DNA from: Nitrospira japonica
Lineage (GTDB): Bacteria > Nitrospirota > Thermodesulfovibrionia > Thermodesulfovibrionales > SM23-35
NCBI GenBank assembly: GCA_020725385.1
Contig: DYFC01000010.1
Coordinates: 23,789 to 87,788, forward strand
Length of the DNA: 64,000 nt
Direction: 5' to 3'
In this document: piece by piece, positions 20,639 through 29,022 of the stretch
Layout of the letters: every line of letters begins with the position of its first letter
Numbering within the stretch: the stretch's first letter is position 1
Notes under the pieces: generated by a model
What the model was told of the DNA's origin: nothing
Seen by the model: only the letters and a program-made list of their open reading frames with translations
Databases searched by the model: none
Program-made: the position numbers and the translations under genes

Positions 20639-21949
20639 TTATTCTGTTCTCTCACTTTCGTTTTTAATTATTTCCAACTTAACTTTTGATATTCTTTTTC
20701 CAACCATCTCGGAAACTGTGAGCTTTTTGTTATCTATTTCAATAAAATCACCTACAACAGGTATTTTCTGAAATTCTAATAAAAGAAATCCGCTTAATGT
20801 TTCATAATCAGGAGATTCAGGAAGTTCAATTGAGTAATCTTCTTTTAAATCCCTGATGCTTATTGAGGCATCGATTAAATAACTGTTTTCGCCTAAATTA
20901 ATAACAGGACTTTCAGTATCATATTCATCTCTAATTTCCCCGACTATCTCTTCCAGAAGGTCTTCCATTGTGACAAGCCCTGAAACCGAGCCATATTCAT
21001 CTATTACCAGTGCCATATGTATTCTTTTCTTCTGCATTTCTTTTAGAAGCTTGCTTATTTTCATTGTCTCAGGGATAAAGAAAGGCGGTTTTATTAGTTT
21101 TCTTATATCAGAAATGCCTTTTGGTAAAGCATTCAAGAAATCTTTTGCATAAAGTATTCCTCTAATATCGTTTATATCTCTGCCAATGACAGGATAACGG
21201 GAGAATTGTTCTTCGCTTATTATTTGCTGTATCTCATTAATAGGCATATTTATTCCAATTGTAACCATCTGTGTTGCCGGTGACATAACCTCTTTTGCAG
21301 ACATATCCGTAAACTCAAAAACACTGTGGATTAATTCCTGTTCCGTTGGTTCAAAAACACCCTGTTCTCCTCCCTCGATAATGAGCATTTTTACTTCTTC
21401 TTCTGATATGAAAGCTCTGTCAGAATATCTTTTTCCACCGAAAGGTTTAAGGAGAATGTTTGTGCTTGCTGTTAGAACTTTTACAAGTATTACAGCAATC
21501 TTTGAAAAAGCATCAACAACCGGAGCGGTTCTAAGTCCTATTCCTTCAGGATTATTCAGGGCAAGTGACTTTGGTACAAGCTCTCCAAAAATAAGGCTGA
21601 AATAAGTGATACTGACTGTAACAATTCCTATTGCTATTGCTTCGCTTGAAACAGAAATTAACGGCACATCTATACGTTTTATAGCAGGCTTTATTATTTG
21701 AATAGCTGCTGCGCCACCGAGTGCCGCAGCAAGAACACCAACAAATGTAATTGCTATTTGTATTGTTGCGAGAAATTTATCAGGATTTTCTTTGAATCTT
21801 CTCAGGATTTCAGCAGTTCTATTGCCCTCTTCAATAAGCTGCTTTATACGGCTTTTTCTTATTGAAACAACAGCTATTTCAGCAGCAGCAAAGAAACCGT
21901 TTAAAAATATAAAAATAGCTATAAGTGCGATATCAGACCACATATTCAA
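20639..21949 (-). CDS. CNNM/DUF21-CBS-CorC_HlyC family membrane protein (hemolysin-family / Mg-Co efflux-like)
   Basis: 436 aa. A four-TM N-terminal domain, a CBS pair and a C-terminal CorC/HlyC transporter-associated domain. Confidence 0.8.
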   Translation of the reverse strand: MNMWSDIALIAIFIFLNGFFAAAEIAVVSIRKSRIKQLIEEGNRTAEILRRFKENPDKFLATIQIAITFVGVLAAALGGAAAIQIIKPAIKRIDVPLISVSSEAIAIGIVTVSITYFSLIFGELVPKSLALNNPEGIGLRTAPVVDAFSKIAVILVKVLTASTNILLKPFGGKRYSDRAFISEEEVKMLIIEGGEQGVFEPTEQELIHSVFEFTDMSAKEVMSPATQMVTIGINMPINEIQQIISEEQFSRYPVIGRDINDIRGILYAKDFLNALPKGISDIRKLIKPPFFIPETMKISKLLKEMQKKRIHMALVIDEYGSVSGLVTMEDLLEEIVGEIRDEYDTESPVINLGENSYLIDASISIRDLKEDYSIELPESPDYETLSGFLLLEFQKIPVVGDFIEIDNKKLTVSEMVGKRISKVKLEIIKNESERTE

Positions 21950-22055
21950 GCACCTTCAAAATTTTAAATTCCATCGACTCTTAATTGTGTTTGAGCTTGA
22001 ATTTGTAGCCTGTATATGTTTTCCTTTTCTTTTGTACTTCCAATCTCCATATAAA

Positions 22056-23132
22056 TTATTTCATGCTATTAATAATCGCATCTGCAAATTGTGATGTTCC
22101 AACAGCGGTAGGATCATCGGGATAAGGCTTAAGATCATATGTTACATTTTTGCCTTCTGATATAACATCTGAAATAGCTTTTTCAAGTCTTTCAGCAGCG
22201 CTTATTTCTCCAATATGTCTCAGCATCATAACTCCTGACAATATCATAGCAAGGGGATTAACTTTGTTCAAGCCCTTATATTTTGGAGCGCTTCCATGCA
22301 CAGGCTCAAAAACAGCATATTCTTCTCCAAGATTTGCTCCGGGAGCAATGCCCAGACCACCTATAAGCCCTGCAGCGAGATCTGATACAATATCACCATA
22401 AAGGTTTGGTAAAACAAGCACATCATAGAGTTCAGGCTTCTGCACAAGCTGCATACACATATTATCAACTATTCTGTCTTCAAATTCTATATCAGGATAA
22501 TTTAGAGCCACATTACGGGCTGTCTCAAGAAAAAGCCCGTCCGAATATTTCATAATATTTGCCTTGTGAACAGCCGTAACTTTTCTCCTTTTATTCTTTC
22601 TTGCATATTCAAAAGCAAATCGGACAATTCTCTCGGTACCGAATACTGAAATAGGCTTGATACTAATACCTGAATCACTTCTAATTGTTTTACCTGTTAG
22701 TTTTTTAATTAATTCGATCAACTGTTTTGAGCCTTCAGAATCTTTCTCAAATTCTATTCCAGCGTATAAATCTTCGGTATTTTCCCTGACTATTACAATA
22801 TCTACATTTTCATATCTTGTTCTTACACCTTTGAAAATCCTTGAAGGTCTTAGATTGCAGTACAGATCGAGCGTTTGTCTAAGTGTAACATTAACACTTC
22901 TGAATCCTGTGCCAACAGGAGTTGTAACAGGACCTTTAAGCGCAACTTTATTTCTCTTAATTGAATCAATTACTCTTTGTGGCAATGGAGTTCCTTCTTT
23001 TTCATATACATCTATTCCTGCTTCCTGAATGTCCCAATTTATAGATACACCTGTAGCTTCTAAAACTTTTTTTGTAGCCTCTGTTATTTCAGGTCCGGTT
23101 CCATCTCCTGGAATTAAAGTGATATTGTACAT
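22056..23132 (-). CDS. isocitrate dehydrogenase-type beta-decarboxylating dehydrogenase
   Basis: 358 aa. Motifs [30 protein letters not shown] (the S-x-N signature of isocitrate-type enzymes) and NLYGDIVSD. Confidence 0.75.
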   Translation of the reverse strand: MYNITLIPGDGTGPEITEATKKVLEATGVSINWDIQEAGIDVYEKEGTPLPQRVIDSIKRNKVALKGPVTTPVGTGFRSVNVTLRQTLDLYCNLRPSRIFKGVRTRYENVDIVIVRENTEDLYAGIEFEKDSEGSKQLIELIKKLTGKTIRSDSGISIKPISVFGTERIVRFAFEYARKNKRRKVTAVHKANIMKYSDGLFLETARNVALNYPDIEFEDRIVDNMCMQLVQKPELYDVLVLPNLYGDIVSDLAAGLIGGLGIAPGANLGEEYAVFEPVHGSAPKYKGLNKVNPLAMILSGVMMLRHIGEISAAERLEKAISDVISEGKNVTYDLKPYPDDPTAVGTSQFADAIINSMK

Positions 23133-23168
23133 GGTATCTCCAATCGTTTAAATTTGAGTTTTGTCTTA

Positions 23169-24404
23169 TTAAGGGTTAACTGTTAGGATTTTTTGCACCT
23201 GTTCGGGATAAGTTGCAACAAGTTTCAGTTCATCGTCTGTTAAAGGTTTTTGAGTATGCAAATTAGCATATTGAACAAGTTCAAGAACCCTTCTTGCTTC
23301 ATTGTCATTATTAAAATGGATGCCCAGTTTGTCATATACATGTCTGAAGCCTTTGATGCCGCCATATTCTCCTGTTGTTATTATTCTGCCGGTTTCTGCA
23401 AGTTCAGGCTCGCCTCTGCCAACGTCTTCAGGATCGTAAAGTTCATAATTTCTTCTGTCTTTTAGAGCGCCGTCAGCATGTATTCCTGATTCATGTGCAA
23501 AAGCATTCGCTCCTATGCCGGGTTGATTTATCGGTATTGGTATATTAAAAGCATATGAAGCGTATCTGCCTATCTTCCATGCTTTTTTTAAGTCCACATT
23601 CTCATCGAGAGGAAGCTTGTCTTTAAGACCCTGAGAAAATTTAAGCGCTAAAATAGTTGATACAAGATCACAGTTGCCGCAACGTTCTCCGTAACCATTA
23701 ATTGTGGTATTTATATATGCATCAACCCCTGCTTCAACAGAACCTTGGGCACCTGCAATTGATACAGCTTCTGCCATTCCAAGATCATTATGACAGTGCA
23801 TCTCGATAGGAAATTTTGTTGCAAGGGCAAGAGCTTTTGTTCTTTCGTAAATTGTTATAGGGTCATCTGTTCCGAGTGTATCGCAATACCTGAAACGGTC
23901 AGCACCGGCTTCTTTTCCTGCGAGTATAAACTCAATTAATCTGTCAAGCTCTGTTCTTGAAGCATCTTCTGCATTTATGCCTACAGTTTGCGCGCCAAGT
24001 TCTTTGGCAGTTCTTACTGCTTCTGAAAGAGATTTCACTATATCTTTAAATGATTTTCTGCCTTGAAATTTACCCTGTATCATAATCTCTGAAGTAGAAA
24101 TAGAAATGTTTAGATGTTTCAACTCAGGACAATTTTTAAAACTTAATTTAACATCTTCAGGAATCGCCCTGCACCAGCCTTCAAGATGAATCCTTTTGAA
24201 TACACCAAGCTTAAAAAGCTCGAGGTTTGCATTAATGTAATTAATCTCGTGTTTCAAAGTCGGGAACCCAATTTCTGTCTGGAATATTCCCATTTCATCA
24301 AGGTAAATATTAAGCATTGTCTTTGAAAGTTTAGGCAGAAGTATCCTTGAAGTCTGAACCCCGTCTCTGTTTGTTACATCGATTAAATATACTTTTGCTT
24401 TCAT
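23169..24404 (-). CDS. LeuA/NifV/CimA-family 2-oxoacid:acetyl-CoA condensing enzyme (no LeuA regulatory domain)
   Basis: 411 aa, HMGL-like TIM barrel. It has DVTNRDGVQT in place of the canonical DTTLRDGEQ, and the metal site HCHNDLGMA. The substrate cannot be assigned from sequence. Confidence 0.7.
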   Translation of the reverse strand: MKAKVYLIDVTNRDGVQTSRILLPKLSKTMLNIYLDEMGIFQTEIGFPTLKHEINYINANLELFKLGVFKRIHLEGWCRAIPEDVKLSFKNCPELKHLNISISTSEIMIQGKFQGRKSFKDIVKSLSEAVRTAKELGAQTVGINAEDASRTELDRLIEFILAGKEAGADRFRYCDTLGTDDPITIYERTKALALATKFPIEMHCHNDLGMAEAVSIAGAQGSVEAGVDAYINTTINGYGERCGNCDLVSTILALKFSQGLKDKLPLDENVDLKKAWKIGRYASYAFNIPIPINQPGIGANAFAHESGIHADGALKDRRNYELYDPEDVGRGEPELAETGRIITTGEYGGIKGFRHVYDKLGIHFNNDNEARRVLELVQYANLHTQKPLTDDELKLVATYPEQVQKILTVNP

Positions 24405-24670
24405 TTTGTTTTCCTTTTAATAAAAATTATAACCTGTAAAAATACAGGCAGATAATCGGATAAATATTGTCATTCCTTTGATTGCCATACCATTAGAGGC
24501 TTTTCATTAGTAAAACAATTTTTTCACAGAATATTCGGATAAAATTTAACCTGATATGACTAATCAAAATTTAGCATTGATGAGGATTTTTAATTTGCAT
24601 TTTTAAGCTCAACCTCAACATAATATTAATAACATAAATTAGCTAATATTACAATAAGTTAATTTTATTA

Positions 24671-24808
24671 GCAGCAATTCACGGTAAATTTTGAAAGCCT
24701 TAAGATTTCTCGCTTTGCTCGAAATGACAATGAAGAAGGTTCTTATTGTCATTCCGAAGGAGTATAAGCGGTTGAGGAATCTTACCTTTTTTTCACCGAG
24801 AATTGTTG
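24671..24808. repeat. MITE-like intergenic repeat, copy R2
   Basis: GCAGCAATTCACGGTAAATTTTGAAAGCCTTAAGATTTCTCGCTTTGCTCGAAATGACAA...GTCATTCCGAAGGAGTATAAGCGGTTGAGGAATCT...TTCACCGAGAATTGTTG. The termini are inverted repeats. It is nearly collinear with R4. Confidence 0.8.
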
Positions 24809-24904
24809 TAAATTAATTTTATTAGATTAATATCAAAACAATAAAGACTGGAAAAGACAGGAGCAGTTTGTTAAAATTAAAGCCAGTTTTACGGAGGTAT
24901 AATT

Positions 24905-25645
24905 ATGAACTTTAAGAGTCAAGTTGCTGTTATAACAGGTGGAACACGCGGAATCGGGAAATCTATTGCCGAACATTTTGCGAAGAATGGTGCTGATATT
25001 ATTGTTTGTGGCAGAAATCCACAGGCTGCAATTGAAGCAGCAGAATCTCTATCATCTTTTGGTGTTAAAACCATTGGTTTAAGGCTTGATGTATCGAATT
25101 CTCAGGAAGTAAAGGAAACATTTGAAAAGATCATCTCTGAATTTAAAAAAATAGACATACTCGTTAATAATGCCGGAATTACAAAAGATGGACTTCTAAT
25201 GCGAATGAGTGAAGAATCATGGGATTCGGTTCTCGATATAAATCTTAAAGGTTGCTTTTTATGTACGAAAGCTGTAATACCTGAGATGGCCCGTCAGAGA
25301 TACGGAAGAATTATAAATATTACTTCGGTTGCCGGCTTTATGGGAAATCCGGGGCAGGCTAATTATAGTGCTTCTAAAGCAGGAATAGTAGGATTTACTA
25401 AAACTGTTGCAAGAGAATACGCTTCAAGGGGAATAACAGTTAATGCTGTAGCTCCAGGTTTTATAGAAACTGCAATGACCGATGTTCTTAATGAAAAAAT
25501 TAAAGAGGAAATGAAAAAACTTATTCCTTTGGGAAGATTCGGTAAGGTTGAAGATATTGCAAACGCAGTATTATTTCTTGCATTACCAGAATCCGGATAT
25601 ATAACAGGACAAACCATTCATGTAAATGGCGGTATGTATATGTAA
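24905..25645 (+). CDS. fabG: 3-oxoacyl-ACP reductase
   Basis: 246 aa short-chain dehydrogenase/reductase. Motifs TGGTRGIG, NNAG and YSASKAG. It lies in a fab cluster. Confidence 0.9.
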   Translation: MNFKSQVAVITGGTRGIGKSIAEHFAKNGADIIVCGRNPQAAIEAAESLSSFGVKTIGLRLDVSNSQEVKETFEKIISEFKKIDILVNNAGITKDGLLMRMSEESWDSVLDINLKGCFLCTKAVIPEMARQRYGRIINITSVAGFMGNPGQANYSASKAGIVGFTKTVAREYASRGITVNAVAPGFIETAMTDVLNEKIKEEMKKLIPLGRFGKVEDIANAVLFLALPESGYITGQTIHVNGGMYM

Positions 25646-25700
25646 ACAAAATTAATGAAAAATTTAAAACATAAAAGTTATAATTTAAGTTCATAAGTCT

Positions 25701-25740
25701 GGCATAAACTGAAATAGTTGTTTTATGCCTTTACTTTTAT
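25701..25740 (+). terminator. possible intrinsic terminator/attenuator between fabG and acpP
   Basis: GGCATAAA (25701-25708) pairs with TTTATGCC (25722-25729) around a 13-nt loop. TTTACTTTTAT follows. Confidence 0.3.
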
Positions 25741-25787
25741 GATGTTTTTTCTATTTTGAAATTTATTTTAATTTTGGAGGTGTCTTA

Positions 25788-26021
25788 ATGGTAGAAGAAA
25801 AGGTCAAAGAAATTATTTCTAAACAACTCGGGGTAAATCCTTCAGAGGTTGTACCCGAAGCTTCATTCGTTGAGGATCTCGGAGCAGATTCCCTCGATAC
25901 TGTAGAACTTGTCATGGCTTTTGAAGAAGCATTTGGCATTGAAATCCCGGATGAGGATGCAGAGAAGATTTCAAAGGTTAAGGATGCAATTGATTATATT
26001 AACAATAAAAAAGCAGCTTAA
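25788..26021 (+). CDS. acpP: acyl carrier protein
   Basis: 77 aa with the phosphopantetheine site [17 protein letters not shown]. Confidence 0.95.
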   Translation: MVEEKVKEIISKQLGVNPSEVVPEASFVEDLGADSLDTVELVMAFEEAFGIEIPDEDAEKISKVKDAIDYINNKKAA

Positions 26022-26026
26022 TACTT

Positions 26027-27271
26027 ATGAATAAGAGAAGGGTTGTTGTAACCGGGCTCGGGATGATTACCCCGCTCGGTATAGGAGTTCAGAAAAGCTG
26101 GGAAAATCTTATAGCTGGCAAATCCGGCATCAGACGTATTACACAGTTTGATGCCTCGGCTTTTCCGACCCAGATCGCAGGCGAAGTAGAAGGATTTAAT
26201 CCCGAAGACTACATTGAACCTAAAGAAATAAAAAAAATGGACCGTTTCATCCATTTTGCTATTGCAGCAGCTCAAATGGCTATGGATGATTCCGGTCTAA
26301 AGATAACTGAAGCCAATGCAGAAAGAACCGGAGTAATTGTAGGTTCGGGTATAGGTGGATTAAATTCAATTGAATATTACCATAATGTCTATCTTCAAAA
26401 GGGGCCCAGACGTATAACACCTTTTTTTATTCCAATGCTCGTAGTTAATCTTGCTTCGGGCCAAATTTCTATAAGATTCGGGGCCAAGGGTCCCAATTCT
26501 GCTGTTGTTACAGCCTGTGCCACAGGGAGCCATGCAATAGGTGATGCTTTTAAGATAATCCAGAGGGACGATGCTGACATTATGATTGCAGGTGGCTCTG
26601 AATCGGTAATAACACCTCTGGCTATAGGTGGATTTAATGCTATGAAAGCATTATCAACAAGAAACAATGAACCTGAAAAAGCAAGCAGGCCTTTTGATAT
26701 TGACAGGGATGGTTTTGTAATGGGAGAAGGCGCTGGAATAATTATTCTTGAAAGCCTTGAATCTGCTCTTAACAGAGGAGCACATATATATGCCGAAATA
26801 GCCGGTTATGGCATGTCATCAGATGCCTATCATATTACAGCACCGTCGCCTACCGGAGAAGGTGCTGTAAGATGCATGAGAATGGCTATCAAAGATGCAG
26901 GGGTTGAGCCTTCGGATGTCAATTATATTAATGCACATGGCACATCCACAAAATACGGAGATGAAATTGAGACAAATGCTATAAAAACACTTTTTGGAGA
27001 ACATGCATATAAAATACCCGTAAGTTCTACAAAATCAATGACAGGTCATCTACTTGGAGCTGCAGGAGGTGTTGAGTCAGTAATATCAATACTTTGTATT
27101 AATAAAAGTATAATCCCTCCAACTATAAATCTAACAAACCCTGATCCTGAATGCGATCTCGATTATGTTCCCAATACTGCAAGAAAGACTAACGTAAATT
27201 GCTGCCTTTCAAATTCTTTTGGTTTTGGTGGAACAAACGCCTGTCTTCTCTTTAAAAAATATACCCCCTAA
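26027..27271 (+). CDS. fabF: 3-oxoacyl-ACP synthase II
   Basis: 414 aa. Active-site Cys in [13 protein letters not shown], histidines in NAHGTST and GHLLGAAG, and the C-terminal NSFGFGGTN. Confidence 0.95.
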   Translation: MNKRRVVVTGLGMITPLGIGVQKSWENLIAGKSGIRRITQFDASAFPTQIAGEVEGFNPEDYIEPKEIKKMDRFIHFAIAAAQMAMDDSGLKITEANAERTGVIVGSGIGGLNSIEYYHNVYLQKGPRRITPFFIPMLVVNLASGQISIRFGAKGPNSAVVTACATGSHAIGDAFKIIQRDDADIMIAGGSESVITPLAIGGFNAMKALSTRNNEPEKASRPFDIDRDGFVMGEGAGIIILESLESALNRGAHIYAEIAGYGMSSDAYHITAPSPTGEGAVRCMRMAIKDAGVEPSDVNYINAHGTSTKYGDEIETNAIKTLFGEHAYKIPVSSTKSMTGHLLGAAGGVESVISILCINKSIIPPTINLTNPDPECDLDYVPNTARKTNVNCCLSNSFGFGGTNACLLFKKYTP

Positions 27272-27279
27272 ATTTAAAC

Positions 27280-27972
27280 ATGCATTGTGAAGACTTAACA
27301 GAACTCGAAAATAATCTGGGCTATACTTTTAAAAATAAAGAAATTCTCAAAGAAGCACTAACACACAGATCATATTTTCATGAATACCCTAAGGATTCAA
27401 CCGGATATAATGAAAGACTGGAATTTCTCGGTGATTCGGTTCTTGGTTTTATAATTGTTGAATATCTTTTTTCCCTCCCCGAAAAGTTTCTTGAGTCAAC
27501 AATGGCAAAAACTAAATCATATGTCGCAAAAGAAGCTGTTTTATTTGAAGTTGCAAATTCCATATCACTCGGCAAATTTCTCAGACTCGGCAAAGGTGAA
27601 GAGTTAACCGGTGGAAGAACAAAAAAATCCCTTCTCGCAGATGCTTTTGAGGCTCTTCTTGGAGCTGTCTTCCTTGACGGAGGGTTAGAGCCGGCAAAAG
27701 TTATTGTTATGAAACTGTTCAAAGAAAAAATTGATAAGATTATAACATCAGGTGATTTCCATGATGCCAAGACAGATTTACAGGAAAAATCACAGATGCT
27801 ATATAATTCAATTCCCGAGTATAAACTCGTTAAACAGGAAGGTGAAGAGCATAGCAAAGTATTTACCGTTGAAGTTTATATTAATGGAGAAAGGTTAGGA
27901 TACGGCGTAGGGAAAAGCAAAAAAGAGGCTGAGACTAATGCTGCTAAAGAAGCATTAAAGAAACTGCATTAA
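27280..27972 (+). CDS. rnc: ribonuclease III
   Basis: 230 aa with the signature NERLEFLGDSVL and a C-terminal dsRBD. Confidence 0.95.
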   Translation: MHCEDLTELENNLGYTFKNKEILKEALTHRSYFHEYPKDSTGYNERLEFLGDSVLGFIIVEYLFSLPEKFLESTMAKTKSYVAKEAVLFEVANSISLGKFLRLGKGEELTGGRTKKSLLADAFEALLGAVFLDGGLEPAKVIVMKLFKEKIDKIITSGDFHDAKTDLQEKSQMLYNSIPEYKLVKQEGEEHSKVFTVEVYINGERLGYGVGKSKKEAETNAAKEALKKLH

Positions 27973-28183
27973 AAAATTTGATGTTTATTTTTCTTTTTGC
28001 TACACTTTAAATATATATAATAGTTTAAATATTATTAAAAACATCTATGAGTAATTATGAGCCTATTAAAATATTACCTAAATAATACAGACATTGCGCA
28101 AAAGAACCGTTTCACATGTCTGTTCATCTTGTCCGTATTTAGAAGAACGAACACAGCTAACGGACACGATACAAAGTTTTAGC

Positions 28184-28299
28184 GTCATTCCCCGACTCGA
28201 TCGGGAAATCCAGTTTTAAAGTTCCTGGATTCCGTCCTCTGACTTGCTTAGAGGATTAAATCGGGCAATGACAGAAAAATGAACATGTTTTGACAACAC
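28184..28299. repeat. related intergenic repeat, copy R3 (convergent double-hairpin variant)
   Basis: GTCATTCCCCGACTCGATCGGGAAATCCAG faces the reverse complement of GTCATTGCCCGATTTAATCCTCTAAGCAAGTCAGAGGACGGAATCCAGG. It ends in a GTTTTGACAACAC segment that resembles the left terminus of R4. Confidence 0.55.
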
Positions 28300-28325
28300 T
28301 TTAATAGATAAAAGGAGGTGATTAA

Positions 28326-28493
28326 ATGGTAAAAGATCCTGTATGCAATATGGATATAGATGAGAAAAAAGCGGCTGCAATAAGCAATTACAAAGGGAAA
28401 ACGTATTATTTTTGTTCAAAGGTATGCAAAGAAAAATTTGATAAAGAACCTGAAAAGTATCTGAAAGAAAGTTCCGAAAGTATTAAGTCATAA
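28326..28493 (+). CDS. stand-alone YHS/TRASH-type metal-binding mini-protein
   Basis: Not in the ORF track (55 aa). AAAAGGAGGTGATTAA precedes the ATG. Translation: MVKDPVCNMDIDEKKAAAISNYKGKTYYFCSKVCKEKFDKEPEKYLKESSESIKS. The same DPVC.M...Y.GKTYYFC...C...F...PE.YL module occurs twice at the N-terminus of the ATPase at 29023. Confidence 0.7.
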   Translation: MVKDPVCNMDIDEKKAAAISNYKGKTYYFCSKVCKEKFDKEPEKYLKESSESIKS

Positions 28494-28581
28494 ATTTAAG
28501 GAGGTGAAAATTATAGTAAAAGTATAAAGTTTGAGAATTACTAAACATACAAAATCTTAAACAATAAAAATGGAGGACATA

Positions 28582-29007
28582 ATGAAAAAATTAATAGTTA
28601 CATTAATTATAGTCTTAGCATTTAGTCTTACAGCTTTTGCACAGATGGGTATGATGGGTCAGGGCATGAAAACAGGTGAAACCCAACAAATGCCAATGAT
28701 GCAATGTCCAAAAATGCAAATGATGCAGGGCCAGGGAATGATGCAAGGGCAACAGATGCAGGCAATGCATTGTCAGGAAATGATGCAGATTATTACCAAT
28801 TTAATTACTATGCAGGAAAAAATTGTTTCAGGAGTAAAACCTGAAGAAAAAGACAAGATGTTGCAGGAAATGAAGGAAATGAAAGATAAATTACAAAATA
28901 TGGCTAATACTTGCAAATGTATGATGATGCAACCAACTGCTCCTCAGTCTCCTGCTACTGAAGCACCAGTTCCACAGACGCCGCCTCCTTCGGAACACAA
29001 ACACTAA
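28582..29007 (+). CDS. secreted Met/Gln-rich protein (putative periplasmic Cu(I) binder)
   Basis: Signal peptide KKLIVTLIIVLAFSLTAFA. The mature region reads QMGMMGQGMKTGETQQMPMMQCPKMQMMQGQGMMQGQQMQAMHCQEMMQ... In the 145-aa ORF-track version, 26 residues are Met. The ATG at 28582 follows GGAGG. Confidence 0.6.
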   Translation: MKKLIVTLIIVLAFSLTAFAQMGMMGQGMKTGETQQMPMMQCPKMQMMQGQGMMQGQQMQAMHCQEMMQIITNLITMQEKIVSGVKPEEKDKMLQEMKEMKDKLQNMANTCKCMMMQPTAPQSPATEAPVPQTPPPSEHKH

Positions 29008-29022
29008 GTTTTTTGGAATTTT

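Noticed and set aside
24405-24670. Long (~500 bp including repeat R2) leader between the LeuA-family gene and fabG, inspected for a T-box, leader peptide or riboswitch.
   Set aside because: I could not find conserved riboswitch boxes, a T-box specifier/antiterminator pattern or a Leu/Ile-rich leader ORF by eye. Part of the length is explained by MITE copy R2.
24841-24860. TGGAAAAGACAGGAGCA upstream of fabG, considered as a sigma-54 (-24 GG / -12 GC) promoter.
   Set aside because: The spacing between GG and GC is 11 nt rather than 10, and the flanking consensus (TGGCAC...TTGCW) is poor.
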